This document shows positions 21,901-26,622 of a DNA stretch of 26,622 nucleotides, one piece after another (within the stretch, counting starts at the first letter, position 1; each line of letters begins with the position of its first letter). The DNA comes from a virus (taxonomy: Duplodnaviria > Caudoviricetes). The translations under genes and the position numbers were made by a program. The notes beneath the pieces are model-generated. The model did not search any database. It saw only the letters and a program-made list of their open reading frames with translations, and was not told the origin of the DNA. Where the stretch lies: IMG/VR virus record IMGVR_UViG_3300009159_000266, positions 1 through 26,622 of that record. One strand, written 5' to 3'.

Positions 21901-22918
21901 TAATCACTATTATAACGAAGGATTGGATGTGATATTGAGACCAACACAGATCACAGCAGATGGTATGTCTCTATCAGCCGCAGATACTCTTACTGCAATC
22001 ACATTTAACAATGCTGAAGGAATGAATCAAAGAAGAGAAGTGTTTGCTGGTGTAACATCTGGAGAATTCTATTTACAGAACACACCACTTAACAGTGATT
22101 ATGTGTTTGTATGGCTAAATGGAGATTCTTTAACAGCAGGATACAATTTCCTTTTAAACGGAAACAAAATAACCATAGGTGGTTTAACATTATCACCCAC
22201 AGATAAAATAGACATAATGTATTTTGCTGTGGAGAGTGCCACCAACGCCACAGGATTCCGCATATTCAAAGATATGTTGAACAGAACCTTCTTTAAAAGA
22301 ATCAGTGCTGACAATACCACAACATTGGCCGCAGCACTGGCAGAAGATGCTACCTCGATCACAGTGGCAGATGGCAGTGTATTAGCATCTCCTCCGGGAG
22401 GTTCGGTGCCAGGAGTTATATTCATAGACAAAGAAAGAATTGAATATTTTATTAAATCAGGTGATACTCTGTCTCAATTGAGAAGAGGCACATTAGGAAC
22501 AGGTATAAGAACACATGCGGCAGGAACTCAAATAGTGGACGCTTCAGGTTCTCAAACTGTGCCCTACGCAGAAACAATTTACACAAAAACATCCATGGGA
22601 GATGGTAGCACCAATATGTTCCCTACCACAATTGCAGCAGCAACACCACATGAATTAGATGTGTTTGTGGGAGGCCGAAGATTGCCGTACATGAGCGAAG
22701 ATGGCAGCACAACAAATTACACAGTAGATGGAAGCACCTCGGGCGTGGTTCTTTCTAACATTCCTGAAACAGATGTGCAGGTGAAAATTGTGCAAAAACG
22801 TGGTAGAGTGTGGTATACAGCAGGATCTGGTACTGCAGCCAACGGTAAAGGACTGCAAAAATCAACAACTAACCAAGCTAAATTCATAGCAGGAGAACCA
22901 ACAAATGCACCCGAATAA
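9983..22918 (+). CDS. Giant (4311 aa) multidomain baseplate wedge/adsorption protein, gp7-like position
   Basis: Single uninterrupted 12.9-kb ORF right after gp6. Contains a cupredoxin-like segment, repeated V.VNG...DY beta-sandwich modules, two CBM5/12-like motifs, a 7-blade FG-GAP propeller, I.V...GSGY...P.V...GG repeats typical of T4-like wedge proteins, and YINEVKPFHT. Confidence 0.75.
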   Translation: MADSPINTKTNYEEITDENGVILRRSIAHLPAFYRTDTNHRFLSSTLDQLIQPGSLTRLDGYIGRTYAYTRNNTDKYIISSSEDRNNYQLEPTVTYTDKDTSSINPEDQVKFTATYDDYINQIKFFGGNVENHDRLNREELYSWNPAIDFDKLINYREYYWLPEGPNSILVTNNGPNSVTEIKVDHVGQTAYIFSTHEENNNPTMTLYRGNTYKFILDAPGHPFYIMTEPFKTGLAEDDTTSVIYTSGITGNGTEKGTLIFTVPSDAPKILYYQCGNHQAMHGILTIKTISTTTNIDVLHEIVGTKNYTLSTGTKLSNGMKLKFVKNVVDSAYSEKEFYVEGVGDSITLTDTATLITPESYATETTELYDTIVYDTRPYAISFYRPETPDYITIKRDSLDGNAWSRYNRWFHRSVIEATAEAIGGYTPNLLESDRAKRPIIEFDSGLGLYDHGTTVKKSVALVDTVTTDAFSDIVKKTGYIIDGIPVANGMRILLTNDRDPLVNNKIYKVSFVTIVGESVTTLQLTPDNEVTPLDGETVFVELGVENQGKTFYYSAVEGTWITGQLKTKLNQQPLFNLYDDNLVPLHEPATYPNSTFHGSTVFSYKISDSAPTDTVLGLKVKYSTINNVGNMLFSTDISSGSFSYKSGEQFISKNFATAQVAYNKKNGTKEFKTSWIKRKEQSKQRVIKTFLVTADELRRFPIDVYANSASLNDLEITVDVNHHTQNLDIDYELVNGATNKYVKFTYDLAVDDLVKIQCYSSVNKIKGKGLYQIPENLSINPFNEQISEFTFGQVLNHVHDINEKNTDLVGDTPGNSNLRDLPDVRLQGGTILQHSAPLAQGIFCLIDQNSNAISAIEYCNLEYQKFKENFLTYSTNSSYEGTIADKVDSVIKNIASDRDNSFPFFYEDMIGYGEKATVRNYTVQDSSETQYAIDSQFNTTKTSNRAVYVYLNDTQLIQGYDYTFSDIDDSVNIITDLSEGDEIIIKDYDNTAGSFVPPTPTKLGIYPKFKPEKIIDNTYLTPTEIIVGHDGSKTVAYGDYRDDFLLELEKRIYNNCKTSYDPTLLSENEVKPSAFINGEYTLAEINNILSYDFYSWAGRNGIDYQNNNNYDESDAFTFNYSSNKDVLNEEYLPGHWRGIYNYFYDTDRPHTHPWEMLGYSEKPTWWEDTYGPGPYSSGNELLWNDLAAGFDHGTNETIERYIRSDLLNYLPVDENGNLLSPIEIGLIDQYNQQGTNKTWKFGDHSPAETAWRRSSQYPFSVIKLLALTRPAKFFGLFLDNSRLSNNLAGNVIDKDTGVAQSLKEAKYHLEIVTDSATGAETRYTTAGFQPFIVNHLIKNNLDPAVFFYDKMKNLNVQLAYKLGGFTDKQNLKVLTDSVSPGSTAGSQFIPDENYKILFRSSNPIKTFEYSGVLIELNSSTKNDGSTLEGGYKVIGYNTIKPYFKIFEPFKNSSNYAIEAGNARAIVYKDWKKIEKIITYGTVFKDIQSVIDFLIGYGKYLESQGFVFDRFSNELQETTNWEMSAKEFLYWTRQGWAPGSAITLSPAAEGFSLKTVDSVVGRLQNLQGEYTVLDSSGKTIDSQLISTKRVGTIFEMVSKNLEIGIYNVTMNAIQKEHILLFDNITVFSDIIFQLATGFRQQRLKLIGWKTGDWNGDYYSPGFIFDEAKINIWTANTDYQIGNTVEYNAKFYVAKVNHNSGNTFNAEYWQNKNNKPAAQLIPNFDYKISQFNDFYNLESNNFDEGQQKLAQHLIGYQSRDYLENLFVNDVSQYKFYQGFIREKGTQNAIDKLLKAKFLDENINLSIYPDWMIKTGEFGNVEGRNAVQIRMSNDTFTNNVQSIELIDNPVDEISWTKSVTVLKEEIYQRPLEYTAAETFLKYDYTEEGVDRDTVQKFKTAGYPRLSDVQHTAFNEEELLNLDINQVEKDELVWIAKKTNHEWDVRRLTFTGLKIISISAINNVGRILINLSRVHSLSTGDYIAISNSQFSNLNGVYKIFSTPSNTSFIISFTQINTITRSGISVDGSTQDSYGNVYNFISVRLDSMDNVNDLISYNDYREKDEPNKIPGDKVFADNLGNKWKIYEKTNPYENTLLPSPDSDNNQEFGYKIVSRNDGKFLAISAPGMEQGTIHFFYRAENSPVVPFNIVSSATMTDNNDNTSRLGESLAISTDENLIVAGAPYANTISPDGSTRHENAGLIKTYIWNNATKNYDSLNSIIPPSDDSSLLMNLNFGWSVAASEPTLNSTKNTAPKYLFVGAPGYNNNSGIVYVYAWAIGEDGSTYGGWTQDSSIQSNDSGTGKRFGHRIAANDNGDILAISSISTGTAGKVEIFTSNHQYNDGSTTLTFVHRQTLYGTSVDGSSLNTNFGESIAMSKDGETLIISSPGADNVEQDDAGAVYYYKWNADASTNTYTLQQTILAPESDTNMRFGSSISINQEANRLVIGAEKFSNKRIIRFDNGATTFDLQDTHIVDLNIGSGGVFTATKYNTKFVIDQKLVTSRVSTNDNFGKGVCVIDTTVLVGAPGDSILQNDGSTVGIDNGTVTVFDLKIPNKYAWQEQVTEEELIDKDNIESAFIFDTAKNQITDYLDYYDPVKGRILGIADREINYKTEWDPAVYNIGISGKTISANTAWGEEHVGEVWWNMSQVRWLWYEQNGQEYKTKNWGKLFPGSTVEIYEWIESTYLPSEWQLRADTVDGLSKRISGTPLHPNNTVLTVKQKYDSRANGFVNYYYYWIKNSVFLPPENKTVTIRKNTTAYIANIITNPLASGIKYFTISEKNSIITFNVKDSLVNGNTVLNVTYRKNKNESDIHAVWKIFKEGDKDDRPNERTEKKWWDSLIGKDDLGNEVPDITLPLNQRYGNNIRPRQSWYVDRFAALKQIIDYSNIILKKNQLANNINYINLNSADPEPTQSSGEWDIIVDTYSDLTYVNTRDISGTLNALVRADEENSNGYWAIYNWSGTEWNRFKVQTYKTNNYYSLIDWYVDGVDSNVLIDKQLTYQYELDTLTDIELEKYVKVLTADTGGWKIFQKTSDGFKNVATQNGTIQLSTAIYNYEINNSGFEGGNTFDNGFFDQQPSIETKKILTALRDDIFVGDLKIEYNNIFFIGLRRVLEEQLYVDWLFKTSFINVTNSLRPLDQRKTYKVGTDDYVESYINEVKPFHTKIREYKLGYTGLDNEDGIYTDFDLPAFYDGTKIRNVNTTTDIAVMSTYPYRFWKDNYKKYVSSITVTNGGSGYITEPTVKLVGGTTTTVGPFAALGRSNRGTTSGQSGYFYPLYTAAADAELADSQAGGSGISELFTFDEYEDVEFYMPLTGQNTSISDRPADYTIYTLSDTTQATAKAIIKNGSVSKIIVLTSGSNYTATPRVVLIGGGTNRITPTDTARAYANLQNDLVRDISTTIKFDRVKSTATVLEWTANTTYAYNDLIRHDTQFYKVLVGFTSTENFDDGLDNLQKLRGDEPYITAAERTLGLYAPEAGMPGNELSQLMTGVDYGGVMVTGLAFNSSQGWDRSLWYESPWDNYGLSRVKTFYGDGSSVNFTFSTAPLATDVYTVYVNGIRQISLVFRGDGSTKTFTVVPEDSSVVGNGDKIEFIPFDDDGVLTPTDDRTLDTLISGGLFGSAVGISPNDIILEGDGFVTPETSYAPEENVPGSMFDTVDIKVYTSPESGVPFIINKNYIGDGNTRVFSIGQTPGTQASVIVTQDGVTLQSEDVGDSSNATHIVDIKNQTITFFAHVVPPVGSKISIKSFSISGSNYMVLDTFTGDGSTASFTTSARESFQLDSAASQLYVTVDGVPATYGFNSNSYPNSYVFAYNYNVNGKLITVNFLSPDGSSYQSVPNGKSIQIAAFNQASVSGRAYAEIRSQQISYDGSTNRYTLTYPPGAIGPFSGLTLLELNGKILRGPDNTYYAGDGSTTSYNLGTDPANTVTTADQVEVYVNGSKKYLFTDYTVNTGTQKVEFASAPSALDVIAVSVLLDNHYYNEGLDVILRPTQITADGMSLSAADTLTAITFNNAEGMNQRREVFAGVTSGEFYLQNTPLNSDYVFVWLNGDSLTAGYNFLLNGNKITIGGLTLSPTDKIDIMYFAVESATNATGFRIFKDMLNRTFFKRISADNTTTLAAALAEDATSITVADGSVLASPPGGSVPGVIFIDKERIEYFIKSGDTLSQLRRGTLGTGIRTHAAGTQIVDASGSQTVPYAETIYTKTSMGDGSTNMFPTTIAAATPHELDVFVGGRRLPYMSEDGSTTNYTVDGSTSGVVLSNIPETDVQVKIVQKRGRVWYTAGSGTAANGKGLQKSTTNQAKFIAGEPTNAPE

Positions 22919-22921
22919 ATA
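22914..22921 (+). promoter_or_regulatory. Late promoter variant AATAAATA overlapping the stop codon of the giant gene
   Basis: 7/8 match to TATAAATA. It includes the TAA stop (22916-22918) and ends 7 nt before ATG 22929. Confidence 0.45.
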
Positions 22922-22928
22922 CAACGCA

Positions 22929-23585
22929 ATGACAGAACCAACAAATAACGAAAACATGAAAAAAGAAGAAAAGAAGCCCCAGGACAATAGCGGTATCAAA
23001 GTTGAGGGTCATATCAAGATATGGGATCCTGCCACAGGAGAAGTTATTGTGGACAAAAGAAATGCAATACATTATGAGAACATGAGTATAGCACTTGCCA
23101 ACAGTCTTGCAAACAAAAGCACAGGATTTATACATGAGATGGCATTCGGCAATGGAGGAACATCTGTAGACCCCACAGGAATTATAACCTACCTAACACC
23201 AAATACCACAGGAACAAATGCTACATTATATAATAAAACTTATTATAAAGTAGTAGATGACAACTCAGCATCTAACAAAGACACCACTAGAAACAAAATG
23301 GAAGTTAGACACACAGCTGGTAACAAATACACAGACATTGTAGTTACTTGCACATTAGACTACGGTGAACCCACAGGACAAGAGGCCTTTGATAACACAA
23401 CTAATTTTAATGATGATTATGTATTTGATGAATTAGGTTTAGTATCATGGGAAGGTACAGAAGATGGCGACAGCAATAAATTGATAACACATGTAATATT
23501 CCATCCTGTGCAAAAAAGTTTAAACAGATTAATACAAATTGATTATACATTAAGGATACAATCATTAACAACATTTACGGAATAA
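22929..23585 (+). CDS. Virion structural protein (baseplate/tail-fibre attachment region); start probably 22929 rather than 22905
   Basis: About 218 aa, beta-rich, with GHIKIWDP.TGEV, MAFGNGG, FDELGL and HPVQKSLNRLIQIDYTLRI. The pattern is reminiscent of tail-fibre N-terminal/baseplate attachment domains. ATG 22905 overlaps the upstream gene and precedes the putative promoter, so 22929 is preferred. Confidence 0.55.
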   Translation: MTEPTNNENMKKEEKKPQDNSGIKVEGHIKIWDPATGEVIVDKRNAIHYENMSIALANSLANKSTGFIHEMAFGNGGTSVDPTGIITYLTPNTTGTNATLYNKTYYKVVDDNSASNKDTTRNKMEVRHTAGNKYTDIVVTCTLDYGEPTGQEAFDNTTNFNDDYVFDELGLVSWEGTEDGDSNKLITHVIFHPVQKSLNRLIQIDYTLRIQSLTTFTE

Positions 23586-23590
23586 TATAA

Positions 23591-24817
23591 ATGCCATACA
23601 CTGTTAATAAAACTAATCCCGCAGCATCTCCCAATCAATACATTGTACAAGATTCCATTCTTAACACACAAACCGATGTGTCGTTTGTAGGAAAAGGTTA
23701 TGCAGGATATGGAGAAGTCATAGCAGAAAATTTTTTAAATCTATTAGAAAATTTTTCTAATACCACAGCTCCTACAAAACCCATTAAAGGACAGCTTTGG
23801 TATGATGAATCAAGTAATAGATTAAAAGTTTACACAGGAACATCATTTCAGCCATCGAGCGGAGTTAGCTATACCAGTGTAACACCAGGTGGTTTAATTG
23901 CTGGAGATTTATGGATTGATTCCAACACTCAACAATTATATTTTAATAATGGTGCTAACAACGTATTAGTAGGTCCTCCAGCAACATCGGAAGATGGAGC
24001 CCAAAATGGTTTTATTTTTGAAACCATAGCAGACGCCACCGATGTCAATCAAAACATAACTTCGTGGTATAATGATGGAAGTAGAATAGCAATAATCAGT
24101 GAAGATTCATTTACTCCTAAAATAGGTATAATAGGATTTACAAATATTACAAAAGGTATAACTCTTTCAACAGCCATAGCTGGTTTAAAATTTGCCGGAA
24201 CAGCGACAGACGCAGATAAATTAGGAGGAATTTCAGCTACTGATTTTTTAAAAGCAGACATAGACGAAACCACCACAGGAACATTTAGTGTAGTCAATGA
24301 TTCAGGTATAACAGTAGGAATTGATAGTGATTTAAAATTGCAAGTAGATGGATCTGGAGCAGTAATACAGAATTTTGTCACAGACGGAGATATAACTTTT
24401 AAAGTTAACGACGGTGGTATTCCAGGAGTGAGTGTTATAACTATTGATGGATCAACTTCTAGAGTAGGTATAGGCACAATCAATCCAACCACAAAATTAG
24501 ACGTTGCTGGAACAGTAAACGCCACAGCATTAACAGCCACAGAAATTACAGGAGTATTACATTCTTCAGCAATCAACGTATTAACCAATGGATATATCAG
24601 TTTTGAAGGATCATCAAATGATGATTACGAAACTGTTTTGTCAGTTGATAATCCCACAGCAGATAGAACAATAACTTTACCAAATAGATCAGGTACAGTA
24701 ATAACCACGGGAGATACAGGCACAGTTACATCATCGATGTTGGCTTCAACAGTGACTTTACAAATATTAAATTCTAGCGGTACTGTTTTAAAAACAATCT
24801 ACGGTGCAGGCGTCTAA
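23591..24817 (+). CDS. Short tail fibre / fibre-like structural protein
   Basis: 408 aa with VGKGYAGYGE.IAENFL.LLENF, P..PIKGQLWYD and GDLWID motifs, ATDADKLGG, RVGIGT.NP..KLDVAG, and FEG...DDYET.L.V.NPTADRTITLPN.SGTV, all typical phage fibre segments. Confidence 0.75.
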   Translation: MPYTVNKTNPAASPNQYIVQDSILNTQTDVSFVGKGYAGYGEVIAENFLNLLENFSNTTAPTKPIKGQLWYDESSNRLKVYTGTSFQPSSGVSYTSVTPGGLIAGDLWIDSNTQQLYFNNGANNVLVGPPATSEDGAQNGFIFETIADATDVNQNITSWYNDGSRIAIISEDSFTPKIGIIGFTNITKGITLSTAIAGLKFAGTATDADKLGGISATDFLKADIDETTTGTFSVVNDSGITVGIDSDLKLQVDGSGAVIQNFVTDGDITFKVNDGGIPGVSVITIDGSTSRVGIGTINPTTKLDVAGTVNATALTATEITGVLHSSAINVLTNGYISFEGSSNDDYETVLSVDNPTADRTITLPNRSGTVITTGDTGTVTSSMLASTVTLQILNSSGTVLKTIYGAGV

Positions 24818-24820
24818 TAC

Positions 24821-24837
24821 ACAATGAAAATCATTGT
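24821..24837. promoter_or_regulatory. Perfect inverted repeat ACAATGA-AAA-TCATTGT (operator-like, Fur-box-like; alternatively a weak terminator)
   Basis: 7-bp arms with a 3-nt spacer, followed by TTT, ending 5 nt upstream of a -35 box. Confidence 0.45.
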
Positions 24838-24842
24838 TTTAA

Positions 24843-24871
24843 TTGACATTGTTTCCAAACACATTTATAAT
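24843..24871 (+). promoter_or_regulatory. Consensus sigma70 promoter TTGACA-N17-TATAAT
   Basis: TTGACA 24843-24848, 17-nt spacer, TATAAT 24866-24871, in the 72-nt gap 18 nt before ATG 24890. Confidence 0.8.
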
Positions 24872-24889
24872 ATAACAAAAGTATAAAAT

Positions 24890-25873
24890 ATGGCAGTTCG
24901 TAAACCACTATATTATGACAGCGGAAATCTTAGAGAGATGTCTGACGCACAGATCGCACAGATCAAAGCCAGAATGTTTTGGTTATATGTGCAAAATCCA
25001 TCGGTAGAACTATCAGTGGTATCGTCTGGCGGCAGTCTAGGAGCAATCAACGATACAAGACTACAAGCTGGAGCAGCAAATATCAGTGTGTCGGCAACTC
25101 CTACGGAGACCGAAACAGAGGAACCATCGATTGTCACAGTATCTAATTCTAAAATTAATCAAACAGTTGCCTCAGATATTGAACCAGGCACTGTAAATTT
25201 TATCACATTTCCTGTTTATTACACAGCAGATGGCAATGTAAAATCAATGACATTACAAGACATGTATGATACATTCGCATATGATGTTTTTAATGGTGGA
25301 TGGATAACATCTGATGGATCAACAGTATTCTCAGAATCATTAATAGGTGGAGGAGTTGTTTACACAGTCTCTAGTTCAAGTAGTATAACAGATTACACTG
25401 TGGTGCCAGGGCCAGATGGTAGCACCATAGTTCCAATATATTCGGACACCAGAGCAGACCCAACACAATATTCTGCTGGAGGTATAACAGAAACACAAGA
25501 TCAACCAATAACTATACAAAATTATTATTTGCACAAAAGAGATTCTATTTCTACAGCATACACGGTACCAGTTAGACTTACTGCATTAACTAATATAGAA
25601 ACACCCACAACTACAGTAATGGATACTGTGCTTTCTTCGGTGGTACGATATCTAGCACAAAATGAGACTAGTTACAAAATAAGATATGCATGGGGTATAA
25701 ATGGCAGCGGCACAGGCAATGTTTGCGGTTCTGCAATGACCGATAGTCGATTAGACGGAACAGGAAATTATCAAACTCTTTTTGTGGGAGCAGATGATTA
25801 CAGGGCACAAGAGTTTCCGGATGGATCAGCACAAGTGATCAATGTTTACACATTAAAAGTAAGAGCAGAATAA
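24890..25873 (+). CDS. Uncharacterised phage protein, probably virion-associated, with internal repeats
   Basis: 327 aa, S/T/G-rich. Three related D[T/S]R segments and related PLYY..GNL.EM / PVYY...GN.KSM segments. Carries two DGST motifs like the neighbouring structural proteins. Confidence 0.55.
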   Translation: MAVRKPLYYDSGNLREMSDAQIAQIKARMFWLYVQNPSVELSVVSSGGSLGAINDTRLQAGAANISVSATPTETETEEPSIVTVSNSKINQTVASDIEPGTVNFITFPVYYTADGNVKSMTLQDMYDTFAYDVFNGGWITSDGSTVFSESLIGGGVVYTVSSSSSITDYTVVPGPDGSTIVPIYSDTRADPTQYSAGGITETQDQPITIQNYYLHKRDSISTAYTVPVRLTALTNIETPTTTVMDTVLSSVVRYLAQNETSYKIRYAWGINGSGTGNVCGSAMTDSRLDGTGNYQTLFVGADDYRAQEFPDGSAQVINVYTLKVRAE

Positions 25874-26361
25874 TGATATTAAAAAATGGAAAATTTATCA
25901 ACGCTGTCTTCGCTAGTAGTAAGAAAGATTTAATACTAGCTATTTGGTATGATGAATTGTCTAAACAACATCATGAAATTGCTATAACAACAGATCTACA
26001 TAATAAAATGTATGTAAAACTTTTAGAAACTTTTACTACAGATGAGATTTCTACAATGACTGATCAAAAACGCAAACATGCAGCAAAAAGTTGGGAATTA
26101 ATAGTTAAAGATGTTGCTGAAAAATATGGTTTGATATACGACCCCACAGCAACCAATCCTCAAGACAAACTCGTTATTGATCATTTATTCAATCCTCCAG
26201 AAGGAGAAGCAGGCATGGAGTTGTTATTCAATACTAAACTAAAAATATTTGATCTATCAGCAGTAACTCAATCCACTAACACAGAGTTAAAGAAAAAACT
26301 CAGAGAAGCAAAAACTCCTTTAGAATCTCTGTATATTGCTGGAAAATTTCTATACGAATAG
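25873..26361 (+). CDS. Hypothetical protein (162 aa)
   Basis: TAATG-coupled to the upstream gene. Charged, helical-looking C-terminus (ELKKKLREAKTPLE). No function recognised. Confidence 0.6.
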   Translation: MILKNGKFINAVFASSKKDLILAIWYDELSKQHHEIAITTDLHNKMYVKLLETFTTDEISTMTDQKRKHAAKSWELIVKDVAEKYGLIYDPTATNPQDKLVIDHLFNPPEGEAGMELLFNTKLKIFDLSAVTQSTNTELKKKLREAKTPLESLYIAGKFLYE

Positions 26362-26622
26362 ATTATATTTTGCCCAATCATGCGGATGATTATCCATGTG
26401 GGTAAAATGAATAAATTTAATTTCAGGATAAAATTCATTTCCCAAGAACATATAAGGATTACCAGTAACTTCTTGATAACGACGATTTAACATTGTTAAA
26501 GTGTGTCGAGCAAACGGTCTTTCTCGAGCTTCCATCCTACAAAACCATGCTTTGGGCAGTGTTATGAGTTTTAATTGTTCTCTCACAGAATCTTCTATAA
26601 AATGCTGTTCTCCATTAACAGG
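26350..26622 (-). CDS. Putative GT-A fold glycosyltransferase (GT8-like), 3' part; runs off the window end
   Basis: The frame stays open past the track's GTG to position 26622: PVNGEQHFIEDSVREQLKLITLPKAWF...EIKFIHFTHMDNHPHDW. GEQ resembles the GT8 (G)DQ motif and IKFIHFT....HP resembles the GT8 IIHF.G..KP motif. The DxD motif would lie outside the window. Confidence 0.55.
   Translation of the reverse strand, partial: PVNGEQHFIEDSVREQLKLITLPKAWFCRMEARERPFARHTLTMLNRRYQEVTGNPYMFLGNEFYPEIKFIHFTHMDNHPHDWAKYNLFV

Noticed and set aside
9983-22918. Intein, intron, or stop-codon recoding explaining the giant ORF
   Set aside because: I saw no intein splice motifs or homing-endonuclease motifs. The ORF is continuous in the standard code and TAG acts as a stop at 9978-9980.
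22905-22928. ORF-track start at 22905 (MHPNKYNA extension)
   Set aside because: Overlaps the giant gene and lies upstream of the putative late promoter; ATG 22929 is more plausible.
1637-25137. Many short minus-strand ORFs (e.g. 1637-1930, 4045-4455, 5881-6357, 8072-8629, 22099-22431, 24049-24588)
   Set aside because: All lie antisense to long, well-supported structural genes and have shadow-ORF composition with no recognisable motifs.
26584-26586. GTG start of the 78-aa minus-strand ORF
   Set aside because: The frame is open to the window end, so this is an internal codon of a longer gene.
1-26622. CRISPR array, tRNA/rRNA, or DGR template/variable repeat pair
   Set aside because: Intergenic gaps are at most about 135 nt, and I saw no spaced repeats, cloverleaf, reverse transcriptase or long near-identical repeat pair. 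A self-alignment would be needed to exclude the last fully.

Overview
This window is the tail/baseplate module of a large, AT-rich T4-related (myovirus, probably jumbo-type) phage in the standard genetic code. It starts with the 5' end of a divergently transcribed gp55-like late sigma factor gene (- strand, missed by the ORF track). On the + strand follow a tube-initiator/cap-like gene, gp53-like, hub-like, gp5-like spike, gp25, gp6, a 4311-aa multidomain wedge/adsorption protein, a small structural protein, a short tail fibre and two uncharacterised genes. The window ends in the 3' part of a convergent, GT8-like glycosyltransferase. Main observations: (1) the tetrapeptide DGST occurs 16 times, in unrelated sequence contexts, in three distal virion proteins and not once in about 3,200 aa of the upstream baseplate proteins, next to a glycosyltransferase-like gene, suggesting a virion post-translational modification (glycosylation) sequon; (2) a sigma70-type promoter for the gp55-like gene faces and overlaps a T4 late promoter; (3) a perfect TTGACA-N17-TATAAT promoter with an adjacent Fur-box-like palindrome sits inside the structural region; (4) the giant protein carries a cupredoxin-like His/Cys/His/Met site, an FG-GAP propeller and CBM5/12-like modules. 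All functional calls come from motif recognition and gene order; no searches were run.
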